From contig VGFS01000001.1 of assembly GCA_016868785.1 (NCBI GenBank), positions 20,631 through 84,630 of the forward strand: DNA of 64,000 bases, given 5' to 3'. The stretch is from Bacteroidota bacterium. GTDB lineage: Bacteria > Bacteroidota > Bacteroidia > NS11-12g > UBA955. A program made the position numbers and the translations under genes. How positions within the stretch are numbered: position 1 is the first letter of the stretch; each line of letters begins with the position of its first letter. The notes below the pieces were generated by a model. That model saw nothing but the letters and a program-made list of their open reading frames with translations. It was not told the origin of the DNA and did not search any database. Below are positions 48,165 through 57,713 of this stretch, one piece after another.

Positions 48165-49367
48165 TTACCCTTGAAGATGTTTTCCTTTTACTTTATATTT
48201 TTTACGCAACAATCCGGGCTTTTTCATCTTGCGGATGCTGTTCATGTTGATGTCCGATAAAATGGTCTCACCATCGGAAAGTTTCACCGTTAAGGTAGGG
48301 TCCTCAATTTTACTGTACGATACTTCCCACTTTCCATTGCCAATCTTTTTGCAAGGAATGATCGCCATGGTGCTTTGTGAAATGACATACATCTCATCGG
48401 CCTTTTTGGTTTTATCCAAGATGATGGCTTTTTTCGATTTTCCGGCAGGACCGCAAATGAAGTAAGAACCATTGCAAGTGAGCGGGAACGAATATTTGAT
48501 CTGCTCTTTTCCTTTGGCAATACCCAATTTTTTGGTTTTGTCTGGCTTGATGTTGGTTTCTCCATCACGGGTATACACCTGCAATTTGGCTTTTTTGTAG
48601 ATGGCGGCATCCATGGCAATGGTCATCGTTACAGGCACTGCAGCACAAGTATCACCAGGCATGCGCACTTCGTAAGCACCAGCCCAATTCAATCCTTCGC
48701 TCTTGGCGGTCATCAAAGGCGTTCCGCTGCTTATCAACTCCTCAATGGAAGTATTCTTCTTGATTTTGATGCAGTTGGTTGCGCCGCGAGGACACATTTT
48801 CTTGAAATCGCACACTTTCATGGTCATGCCAACACCGTTTACGTAAATGGTGGTATCAGCCGTGCATGTATCTTTGTATACAGGCTTTGGTTTGGGCTTC
48901 TCCACGGGTTTTGGCTTTTCCAAAATGGTGATTTCCACCCGGCGGTTTTTGGCTTTCTTCTCTTCAGAAGTCTCCTCCTTTTCACGGGGCTTGGCACGAC
49001 CAAAGTACTGACGGTTCATCCAATCCGCTTCAATGTCATTGTCGATCAAGTATTGATACACCGCATCAACACGCGCTTGTGACAGTTTCAAGTTCAATTC
49101 ATCGTTACCCGAAGAATCGGTGTGACCGGTCAAGAGCAAACGGAACTCATCTTTGGAATCCAAGGTATCAAGCAATCGCTTCAACCTCACCAATTCAGCA
49201 GGCTTAATCACCGATTTGTTGGTTTCAAAATAAATCTGAACGGCTGGAGAGATTTCTTTTTGTTCGTTAACGGCTGGTTTTTTGGGCTTTGGCGCGGCGG
49301 TTTGGGCAAACGACTGAACCGCAATCATACCCAAAAGGAGCATCGATACTAGTCTAAATTGTTTCAT
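48165..49367 (-). CDS. OmpA-family (peptidoglycan-associated) secreted protein with Cys-rich C-terminal domain; first gene of the nuoIJKLMN cluster
   Basis: Signal peptide. OmpA-like domain motifs (LLTGHTDSSGNDELNLKLSQARVDAV). C-terminal about 230 aa with 9 Cys. Only 9 nt separate its stop from the nuoI start. Confidence 0.6.
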   Translation of the reverse strand: MKQFRLVSMLLLGMIAVQSFAQTAAPKPKKPAVNEQKEISPAVQIYFETNKSVIKPAELVRLKRLLDTLDSKDEFRLLLTGHTDSSGNDELNLKLSQARVDAVYQYLIDNDIEADWMNRQYFGRAKPREKEETSEEKKAKNRRVEITILEKPKPVEKPKPKPVYKDTCTADTTIYVNGVGMTMKVCDFKKMCPRGATNCIKIKKNTSIEELISSGTPLMTAKSEGLNWAGAYEVRMPGDTCAAVPVTMTIAMDAAIYKKAKLQVYTRDGETNIKPDKTKKLGIAKGKEQIKYSFPLTCNGSYFICGPAGKSKKAIILDKTKKADEMYVISQSTMAIIPCKKIGNGKWEVSYSKIEDPTLTVKLSDGETILSDINMNSIRKMKKPGLLRKKYKVKGKHLQG

Positions 49368-49458
49368 TTCGAATTTGGATGCGAAAATAAGCGATTTCAA
49401 CCATGTTCATACACACAGAATCCACAAAACCGAATCACTTTTGAAATAAAATCTATAT

Positions 49459-51510
49459 TTGAAAAACATGAAAATCTTTTTACCTTCCATTGCACTCCTT
49501 CTATTGGGCGTTACAACGGTGAACCTCCATAGTCAAATTGCCAAAACTCAAGTGGTACAAGTTTCAGCCACCGCCAATGGCGATGGCAGCATCACGCTGA
49601 AATGGCCCAAAGACAATTACACGGGCAAATACATGATTTATCACCGCGATTTCGTGCATGCCAACAACAGTTGGAAAGGTCCCGATGCCACACTCGCTGG
49701 AACCATCACTAGTTGGAGCGATACCCTCTCAAAAGGATTTAGTCGGGAATACCGCGTCACCAAAGTGAATGGCACCACCACCGAAGCCCTGGGATACATT
49801 TACGTGGGCAACCAATTCAAACCCAATCCCACCCGGGGAGGCATCGTTTTATTGGTCGATAGCAGTTACATCAAAGCCCTGAAATCAGAAATCGCTACCC
49901 TTGGCAATGACTTATCTAACGATGGCTGGTTTCCATCCTATGTGGTGGTTGGCAGAACCGAAAAGGTAGATGCCGTGAAAGCCAAATTGGAAGCACACAT
50001 CAAGCGACTGCCCAAAGCACCCAAAGCCCTCTATATCCTTGGACATGTACCCGTTCCCTACTCCGGAAATTTCTCTAACAATGGCGATAGACCACCGCCA
50101 GACGGACACGTGGAAGGGGTTGGCAACCACACCGGAGCCTGGCCTGCCGACGTATACTACGGTACAGTGGATTGCTTCTGGGGCGATGAAATTGTCAATT
50201 GTACCACCGGCTCTGAAGCGCGACATAAAAATGTACCCGGCGATGGCAAATTCGATCAATCCGCGCCCGAATGTCCAATCGTTTATGAAATCGGTCGGGC
50301 CGATTTTTATGACATGGACGCTTTCTCCAAGAACGACACCCAATTAACCCGAGAATACCTCAACCGCGTGCATGATTACAAGATGGGCAAAACCCAATTT
50401 CGCAGACGGGGGTTGATCGACAACAATTTCACGGGCCTCAATTTGGCTTCTACCGGCTATCACAATTTGCCCTGTTTTGTTGGATTGGATAGTTTTTCCG
50501 ACGCGGTAGACTATTTCACCGAACAAAATGCTGGCTCTTATTTATGGAGCTACGGTTGCGGCGCCGGCAGTTATAGCAGCTGCAGTGGCATTGGTACTAC
50601 CTATAATTTTGCCAGCAGCAAAGGAAAATTCTCCAACGCTTTTACCATGTTGGCGGGCAGTTATTTTGGGGATTGGGACAGTAAAAACAACATCCTTCGC
50701 GGTGCACTGGCCGGCGGATCATTGACCAGCTGTTGGGGCGGTATCCCAAAGTGGTATTTGCACCACATGGGGCTGGGTCAAAACATTGGCTACGGCGCGA
50801 AAATCACCCAAAACAACGTAAACGACTATTTCAACGGTGCATTTAACTTCTCGTGGAATGGCGTTTTCATTGCCCTCATTGGCGATCCAACATTAAATAT
50901 GCTTTATGTAAAACCTCCGTCAATGCTCTCTGCCATCGAAATTAACGGCGGCACCCAGCTCAAATGGAACAAGTCTGCCGACAAAGTTGACGGCTACGTG
51001 GTGTATCGCATCGATCAAAATACACAAGAATACAAGGAAATCGCTACCTACTGCGGATTGGGAAATTCCGTAACCACAGACACGGTCTATTTCGATTATT
51101 GCAAACCCACCGTGATAAACCCAAACAATGGCAACTATAACTATGCGGTTCGGGCCTTTAGATGGGAAACCACTGGCTCTGGCAGCTACCAAAATTTGAG
51201 TTTGGCAACCACGGCAAATACGAAATACACGTTGGATCGTTGGGATGCGCAAAGCCCGGGCATCACCCTGTACCCCAACCCCAGCAAGGGATTTACCACC
51301 TTGGGGAATTTGCCCGCACAGGTTGGCGTGACGGTGAGTATTTACAATGCGGTTGGACAATTAATCCAGCACAATGCGGTTGAAACAGATGCATCCGGCA
51401 ACTATCGACTCATACTAAAACCCGGCATTTCTGGACTCTTCGAAGTGGTTGTTAACACAGAAACTACTGCCTATTCTTCCAAATTGTTGGTAGCCCAAGA
51501 CGCTCAGTAA
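49459..51510 (+). CDS. secreted protein with T9SS type-A C-terminal sorting domain; N-terminal gingipain (C25)-like domain candidate
   Basis: Signal peptide. C-terminal about 80 aa (LYPNPSKGFTTLGNL...YRLILKPGISGLFEVVVNTET) match the Por/T9SS CTD pattern. ILGHVPVPYSG...VDCFWGD resembles a C25 His/Cys arrangement (weak). Confidence 0.5.
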   Translation: MKNMKIFLPSIALLLLGVTTVNLHSQIAKTQVVQVSATANGDGSITLKWPKDNYTGKYMIYHRDFVHANNSWKGPDATLAGTITSWSDTLSKGFSREYRVTKVNGTTTEALGYIYVGNQFKPNPTRGGIVLLVDSSYIKALKSEIATLGNDLSNDGWFPSYVVVGRTEKVDAVKAKLEAHIKRLPKAPKALYILGHVPVPYSGNFSNNGDRPPPDGHVEGVGNHTGAWPADVYYGTVDCFWGDEIVNCTTGSEARHKNVPGDGKFDQSAPECPIVYEIGRADFYDMDAFSKNDTQLTREYLNRVHDYKMGKTQFRRRGLIDNNFTGLNLASTGYHNLPCFVGLDSFSDAVDYFTEQNAGSYLWSYGCGAGSYSSCSGIGTTYNFASSKGKFSNAFTMLAGSYFGDWDSKNNILRGALAGGSLTSCWGGIPKWYLHHMGLGQNIGYGAKITQNNVNDYFNGAFNFSWNGVFIALIGDPTLNMLYVKPPSMLSAIEINGGTQLKWNKSADKVDGYVVYRIDQNTQEYKEIATYCGLGNSVTTDTVYFDYCKPTVINPNNGNYNYAVRAFRWETTGSGSYQNLSLATTANTKYTLDRWDAQSPGITLYPNPSKGFTTLGNLPAQVGVTVSIYNAVGQLIQHNAVETDASGNYRLILKPGISGLFEVVVNTETTAYSSKLLVAQDAQ

Positions 51511-51614
51511 AGGGTCTTTCACCAACTTAGAAGTCCCACTCAAGGGAACTCCTTTTGATTTTTGGGGCAAACTTGTGTATTTTCGCGGCTCTGTAAAAAG
51601 AAGACAATATTTAT

Positions 51615-54092
51615 ATGACAAACAATATCCTTTACCTGGTCCCTTTGTTGGGCGTTGTTGGCCTCCTTGTGATGGCTATCAAGAGTGCATGGGTTAGCAA
51701 GCAAGATGCGGGCGATGAGAACATGCAGCGATTGGCAGGCTACATTGCCAAAGGTGCTATGGCCTTTTTGAAGGCAGAATGGAAAGTTTTGAGCTACTTC
51801 GTGGTGATTGCGGGTATCTTGTTGGCTTGGTCTGGAACATTTTCTGGAACTGCTGAGCACCCCATCCACTCGAGTTGGGTGATTTCAATTTCCTTTGTGA
51901 TTGGTGCCGTTTTGTCGGCATTCGCGGGTTACATTGGTATGAACATCGCCACCAAAGCCAACGTACGTACCACACAAGCCGCCCGTACAAGTTTGTCAAA
52001 AGCCTTGAAAGTATCTTTCAACGGTGGAACCGTTATGGGATTGGGTGTTGCCGGTTTGGCCGTGATTGGTTTGGGATCATTGTTCATCGTGTTCTTGGAA
52101 ATGTTCAATGTAACCAACGTAAACAGCGACGAGATGAAAACAGCCATCGAAGTATTGGCAGGTTTCTCTTTGGGTGCTGAAAGCATCGCATTGTTTGCCC
52201 GTGTAGGTGGTGGTATTTACACCAAAGCTGCTGACGTTGGGGCTGATTTGGTAGGAAAAGTAGAAGCGGGTATCCCTGAGGATGACGTGCGCAACCCTGC
52301 TACCATCGCAGACAACGTAGGTGATAACGTGGGTGACGTTGCAGGTATGGGTGCCGATTTGTTCGGTTCTTATGTAGCAACCATTTTGGCTACCATGGTA
52401 TTGGGACAAGAAATCAACGCACAAGATGCCTATAACGGTCTCTCTCCCATTTTGTTGCCGATGGTGATTGCTGGTTTGGGATTGGTATTCTCTATTGTTG
52501 GAACTTGGTTCGTAAAAGTGAAAAACGAAACCGATAGCGTTCAAAACGCCTTGAATTTGGGTAACTGGTCATCCATCGCTTTAACAGGTATCGCCTCTTA
52601 TTTCGTGGTAAACGCTTTGTTGCCAGAGAAAATGTCTTGGTTTGATGCCGCTCGTGGCGAAGATTTCACCCGCAACGGTGTTTTTGCTGCGATTGTGGTT
52701 GGTTTGGCTGTGGGTACTTTGATGAGTATCATCACTGAATATTATACCGCCATGGGCAAACGCCCTGTTATGTCGATCATCCGTCAGTCTGGCACAGGAC
52801 ACGCCACCAACATCATCGGTGGTTTGAGCGTAGGAATGGAATCTACCGTTTTACCCATCTTGGTTTTGGCCGGTGGTATCATGGGATCCTATTATTTTGC
52901 TGGATTGTACGGTGTATCTATCGCCGCGGCAGGTATGATGGCCACAACAGCAATGCAGTTGGCCATTGACGCTTTCGGTCCAATCGCCGACAACGCCGGT
53001 GGTATTGCTGAAATGAGTCAGTTGCCTGAGGAAGTTCGCGGACGTACCGACAATTTGGATGCGGTTGGAAACACCACTGCAGCCACGGGTAAAGGTTTCG
53101 CAATTGCTTCAGCGGCTTTGACCTCTTTGGCATTGTTTGCGGCTTTTGTGGGAATTTCTGGCATCACAGCCATCGACATTTACAAAGCCCCTGTATTGGC
53201 AGGGTTGTTTGTGGGTGGTATGATTCCTTTCATCTTCTCTTCTTTGGCGATTGCGGCTGTAGGTCGTGCAGCCATGGACATGGTAAATGAAGTTCGCCGT
53301 CAGTTCCGTGAAATCCCAGGGATCATGGAGTATAAGGCACAGCCTGAATATGAAAAGTGTGTAGCGATTTCTACAAAAGCCTCTATCCGCGAGATGTTGG
53401 CTCCAGGTGCGATTGCCTTGATTTCTCCCGTTGTTGTGGGCTTCTTGTTCGGTCCTGAAGTATTGGGCGGTATGTTGGCCGGTGTAACGGTATCAGGTGT
53501 GTTGATGGGTATCTTCCAATCAAACGCCGGTGGTGCATGGGACAACGCCAAAAAATCATTTGAAAAAGGGGTTGAAATCAACGGAGAAACCTTCTACAAA
53601 AAATCTGAGCCACACAAAGCTTCTGTAACCGGCGATACAGTGGGTGATCCATTCAAGGACACTTCTGGACCTTCAATGAACATTTTGATCAAGTTGATGT
53701 CGATCGTTTCATTGGTAATTGCGCCTTTCATTGCGGGCAAATCGTTCGGCGAACGTCCTAACAATGGAAATGGTGCGGCTTGTGTTGAAATGCAGCATTG
53801 CGAAAAGGAAATGATGGGCAAATGCGATTTGAGCACTTGCGCTACTTTGACCAAGGAACAGTGCGCTGCGATGTGCGATTCTTTGGGCTGCGATTCTACT
53901 GAAAAAGCAGCTTGCATGTCGATGTACGGTGCAGATGGCAAATTCATCGGCAAAGGACACGAGGGTTGTTCTAACGAGCCTGTTTGCAAAGAGGACAACG
54001 ACAAAGCTTGTAGCAAAGGCGATGCCTGCTGCAAAAATAAAAAGCAAGCGCAAGCCCCTGAAAAGAAGGCTTGTTGCAAGGACAAACACTAA
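51615..54092 (+). CDS. hppA: K+-dependent-type membrane-bound pyrophosphatase (H+/Na+-translocating PPase) with about 110-aa Cys-rich C-terminal tail
   Basis: GNTTAA (Ala variant), DNVGDNVGD, and 16 TM helices. The tail after ...IAGKSFGE carries 15 Cys in about 110 aa. Confidence 0.9.
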   Translation: MTNNILYLVPLLGVVGLLVMAIKSAWVSKQDAGDENMQRLAGYIAKGAMAFLKAEWKVLSYFVVIAGILLAWSGTFSGTAEHPIHSSWVISISFVIGAVLSAFAGYIGMNIATKANVRTTQAARTSLSKALKVSFNGGTVMGLGVAGLAVIGLGSLFIVFLEMFNVTNVNSDEMKTAIEVLAGFSLGAESIALFARVGGGIYTKAADVGADLVGKVEAGIPEDDVRNPATIADNVGDNVGDVAGMGADLFGSYVATILATMVLGQEINAQDAYNGLSPILLPMVIAGLGLVFSIVGTWFVKVKNETDSVQNALNLGNWSSIALTGIASYFVVNALLPEKMSWFDAARGEDFTRNGVFAAIVVGLAVGTLMSIITEYYTAMGKRPVMSIIRQSGTGHATNIIGGLSVGMESTVLPILVLAGGIMGSYYFAGLYGVSIAAAGMMATTAMQLAIDAFGPIADNAGGIAEMSQLPEEVRGRTDNLDAVGNTTAATGKGFAIASAALTSLALFAAFVGISGITAIDIYKAPVLAGLFVGGMIPFIFSSLAIAAVGRAAMDMVNEVRRQFREIPGIMEYKAQPEYEKCVAISTKASIREMLAPGAIALISPVVVGFLFGPEVLGGMLAGVTVSGVLMGIFQSNAGGAWDNAKKSFEKGVEINGETFYKKSEPHKASVTGDTVGDPFKDTSGPSMNILIKLMSIVSLVIAPFIAGKSFGERPNNGNGAACVEMQHCEKEMMGKCDLSTCATLTKEQCAAMCDSLGCDSTEKAACMSMYGADGKFIGKGHEGCSNEPVCKEDNDKACSKGDACCKNKKQAQAPEKKACCKDKH

Positions 54093-54131
54093 TTGAATTT
54101 TTGTCTGACCGGGTCAGACTTCACCAATAAC

Positions 54132-54167
54132 AGAAGAGGCCGCCCTGTGGGCGGCCTCTTCTATTTG
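54132..54167 (+). terminator. rho-independent terminator after hppA (AGAGGCCGCCC-TGTG-GGCGGCCTCT + TTCTATTTG)
   Basis: 11-bp GC-rich perfect stem plus a T-rich tail. Confidence 0.6.
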
Positions 54168-54316
54168 ATATCGAACCGATTTCCGCAAATGCAATTACTG
54201 AATCAGCCGAGTTTGGGCGTCGTAACTTTGTTAATGGCTCAGATTCAAATTGCTCACCCATTGACAAATAGAAATATAAATAAGCCCATTTAAACAATTT
54301 AGTTATGTCATTCGCA

Positions 54317-54350
54317 CAAAAAAAAGGCCAGCAATGATGCTGGCCTTGAG
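54317..54350 (-). terminator. rho-independent terminator downstream of BNR-repeat gene (minus strand)
   Basis: GGCCAGCA-TCAT-TGCTGGCC hairpin with T8 on the minus strand and A8 on the plus strand. Confidence 0.55.
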
Positions 54351-54371
54351 ATATTTTTTATCCGTTATTTT

Positions 54372-57300
54372 TTACCGCAAAACCGGCAATCGCAGCGCAG
54401 GATATTGAGAGGCCAAACCATTGTATTGACTCACCATTCCGTTGAGCTTTTTGTTCATGTCCAACACCCCAACAGAAACCATATCCAATTTCTGCAAGTG
54501 GGTCTTGGTGGGCGCATTCAACGCATCGAAACAAGAATAATACGCCGATCCAAACAATTCATTCAACCCTTCGGTGGTTTCAAACTCCTCAGCAGCCAAA
54601 GCCCCGTTGCCATTGACAACCAAACTCACCGCATTGAACTCGGACTGTAACTGGGCCGACAATTGCGCAAAATCGCGCGCGTTCGTGTTGGGTACCCCAA
54701 TGGCATTTTTCATGGCCGTAATCCCCGCTTGAATTTCTTCCATGCGAACGTTTAAGGTAGACAACTCTTGCTTTACCTTGAACAACTTTGCCACCTGCAA
54801 GCCCTTTTCCTCCTTACTCACCAACGGAATGCTCGATTCAAACAAATGTGACACTGCAATCTCGGTCACTCCAGTCAGCAATCGCTCTGCCCCATTTTGC
54901 CAAGCCTCCAACTGAACATAATAGGTCCCCGGCGTTACATAAGGCCCCCAACCTGCTTGATATCCTTTATCGGCCGGTACTGGCAACGACGGATCTGAAT
55001 AGCGCAAATTCCATTCTGCCCTGGCCAATCCCTTGGCCGCGTTCACCGAAAATTTTGCCACCACATTGTCAGCTGTAACTTCAGCAGAACTGCGAATCAC
55101 CATGTATACCTTGGCCGGCTCCTCCAAACTTTCCAGCAAAATGGAATCTTTCGATGGATAAATCAATGCATTGGGATTTTTGGCCACATCCGACTCTCTC
55201 TTTTTCCTTCGACTGGCAATGGTAGAGAACTCCGTTGAAATCTGATAATAAATGACCGCTCCTGCAGTTGGATTGGGTGCTGAAAATCTCGAAGCGCCCT
55301 TGTGACTGTTACCACTTCCTCCCAATGGCGTGGCAGGCACAAACAGTTTCACCGGACTCACAGGCACAATAAAATTCATTTTCGCCAACCCGGCGTTGCC
55401 CATCAACATCAACTTGTAATCGCGGATTTTTTCGTAGTCGTCGCAAACTGCAAACCCACGACCAAACGTCGCCAACACCAAGTCATCGTCGCGCTCCTGA
55501 AACACCATGTCTTTGATCGCAATCGGAGGCATTCCGCCCTGCCACGACAAAAATTGCTTGCCGCCATTTACGCTAATGTGCAATCCAAACTCCGTACCCA
55601 CCAACACAATGTCCTGATCTTTGAAATCTTCAATCACCGTTTTAACCGGACCGTTCTCGGGCAGTCCCGATACGATTTTTGTCCATGTAGCCCCACCGTT
55701 GCTGCTCTTGTAAACGTAGGGTTTGAAGTCACCAAATCGATGATGATCCAACACAGCATACACATTGCCAGAATTCGGCGATGCATAAACCATCGAAATA
55801 AAGGGATGGCCCACTCCATTGGACTGTCCTTTCGGCGCATCAGGAAAATTCATTTCGCCATTGGACGCTACTCCGCACTTGAGCCAAACACTGCTGCTGG
55901 CCTCTTTGCGCCAAATCAAACCATCGTCGGTACCAGCATACAACTCGCCATTTTTGCCCTCGCTCAACGTGGTAATATTGCCATAAATGCTGGTACTTTG
56001 GTTTTTCACTACGGCATTCACACCCCACACTTTCCCCATGATGGGCAGCGTATTGCGATCGATTCCGCGCGATAAATCTCCGCTTATGGGTGTCCAAGAA
56101 TCGCCCCGATCTTCGCTTTTAAACACGCGATTGGCTGCAAAATACAACACCTTGGGATTGCTGCGAGAAATGATCAAGGGCGCGTCCCAATTCCATCGCA
56201 AAGGCGCCTCGTTGATGCCAATGGTGGGTTTGATATCCACCGCTTCACCGGTAACTTTATCGTAGCGCACCAAACCGCCATACTGCCATTGACTGTAGAC
56301 AATGTTGGGGTTGCTGGGGTCAACCTGCGACTTAAAACCATCGCCACCCACCGTTACAAACCAATCGTCATTGCTCACCCCATTGGCCGAATTGTTCTTT
56401 GAAGGTCCGCCCAAAGTATTGTTGTCCTGGGTACCGCCATAGATGTTGTAAAAGGGCAAGGCATTGTCTACCGATGCGCGATAAAATTGGGTAATGGAAA
56501 TGTTGTCTTTGTAATTCCAGTTTTGAGCGTTGTCGAACGTCTCATACAGTCCACCATCACAACCTACCAGCCAGTGCGACGGTTGTGCGGGATCAATCCA
56601 AATTATGTGATTGTCTACATGTTTATTGCCTTCGCCCGCGTTTCGGAGGGTTTTGCCGCCGTCATCGGACACTTTCATGTAGGAGTCCATACAAAACAAG
56701 CGGTTGGGGTTGGTAGGATCCACAAAAATCTCTTGGTAATAGTTTCCAGCGGTAAAGAATGGATTTTGTTTGCTCCAGCTCTCGCCGTAATCATAACTCA
56801 CAAAAATGCCGCCTTTGCCTTCTTCCGCCTCAACCATGGCATACATCAAACCGGGCTTTGAGCTCACGGCAACCGCAATTCTTCCCAAATCGCCCGATGG
56901 GAGTCCTCCACCCAACTTCCGCCAAGATTTGCCGTTATCAGTACTCTTATACAAGGCCGATTCAGGACCACCGCCGAGATAGGTCCATTCGTGCCTGCGG
57001 CGCTGGTGAAACGCAGCATACAAGGTTCCAGGCATGTTGGGGTCGATATGGATTTCATGGCAACCGGTGTTGTCCGACACGTGGAAATTGCGAACCCAGG
57101 TTTTGCCCCCATCTTCGGTGAGGTACAAGCCGCGCTCTCCGCCTTCTTTCCAAACAGGACCATAGGCAGCCACCCAAATGCGGTTGGTGTTTTTCGGGTC
57201 GATTTTGATCATGCCGATGTGTTCTGAGAGTTTCAGCCCCATGTTTTCGAACGATTTCCCTCCATCCAAACTGCGGTAAAGTCCGTTGCCATAGCCCACG

Positions 57301-57713
57301 CTGCGTTGGTTGTTGTTTTCGCCGGTGCCGACCCAAACAATGTTGGGATTGGTGGGATCCAAGGCCAAGCAACCGATGCTTTGGGTGCCGTATCCGTCAA
57401 AAATGGGTTGGTAGGTGGTGCCGCCGTTGACCGTTTTCCAGACACCGCCGTAGGCAGCCGCCAAATAGTATTCGGATTTATTCAAGGGATTCACCGCGAT
57501 GTCTACGATTCTTCCGCTGGTGGTGGCAGGACCGATCATCCTAAAATTCACCTGATTCAACATCGGTTTAATCAGTGAGTCGGGTAAGGCCGCGATGGTT
57601 GTACTTACCGGCATTACCGGCACCGCAGCTTTTGCCGCAGTTGATTTCTGGGCGATGGCGGGCTGAGACGCAACCGATACGACCAAAGTCAGTACAAAGG
57701 ATATCTTTTTCAT
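54372..57713 (-). CDS. BNR/Asp-box repeat protein (sortilin/VPS10-like or GH74-like beta-propeller), 1113 aa, secreted
   Basis: At least 8 Asp-boxes S-x-D-x-G-x-[TS]-[WF] (SLDGGKSF, TEDGGKTW, STDNGKSW, SYDYGESW, SDDGGKTL, SEDRGDSW, SSNGGATW, SVNGGKQF). Signal peptide MKKISFVLTLVVSVA. Start at ATG 57713. Confidence 0.6.
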   Translation of the reverse strand: MKKISFVLTLVVSVASQPAIAQKSTAAKAAVPVMPVSTTIAALPDSLIKPMLNQVNFRMIGPATTSGRIVDIAVNPLNKSEYYLAAAYGGVWKTVNGGTTYQPIFDGYGTQSIGCLALDPTNPNIVWVGTGENNNQRSVGYGNGLYRSLDGGKSFENMGLKLSEHIGMIKIDPKNTNRIWVAAYGPVWKEGGERGLYLTEDGGKTWVRNFHVSDNTGCHEIHIDPNMPGTLYAAFHQRRRHEWTYLGGGPESALYKSTDNGKSWRKLGGGLPSGDLGRIAVAVSSKPGLMYAMVEAEEGKGGIFVSYDYGESWSKQNPFFTAGNYYQEIFVDPTNPNRLFCMDSYMKVSDDGGKTLRNAGEGNKHVDNHIIWIDPAQPSHWLVGCDGGLYETFDNAQNWNYKDNISITQFYRASVDNALPFYNIYGGTQDNNTLGGPSKNNSANGVSNDDWFVTVGGDGFKSQVDPSNPNIVYSQWQYGGLVRYDKVTGEAVDIKPTIGINEAPLRWNWDAPLIISRSNPKVLYFAANRVFKSEDRGDSWTPISGDLSRGIDRNTLPIMGKVWGVNAVVKNQSTSIYGNITTLSEGKNGELYAGTDDGLIWRKEASSSVWLKCGVASNGEMNFPDAPKGQSNGVGHPFISMVYASPNSGNVYAVLDHHRFGDFKPYVYKSSNGGATWTKIVSGLPENGPVKTVIEDFKDQDIVLVGTEFGLHISVNGGKQFLSWQGGMPPIAIKDMVFQERDDDLVLATFGRGFAVCDDYEKIRDYKLMLMGNAGLAKMNFIVPVSPVKLFVPATPLGGSGNSHKGASRFSAPNPTAGAVIYYQISTEFSTIASRRKKRESDVAKNPNALIYPSKDSILLESLEEPAKVYMVIRSSAEVTADNVVAKFSVNAAKGLARAEWNLRYSDPSLPVPADKGYQAGWGPYVTPGTYYVQLEAWQNGAERLLTGVTEIAVSHLFESSIPLVSKEEKGLQVAKLFKVKQELSTLNVRMEEIQAGITAMKNAIGVPNTNARDFAQLSAQLQSEFNAVSLVVNGNGALAAEEFETTEGLNELFGSAYYSCFDALNAPTKTHLQKLDMVSVGVLDMNKKLNGMVSQYNGLASQYPALRLPVLR

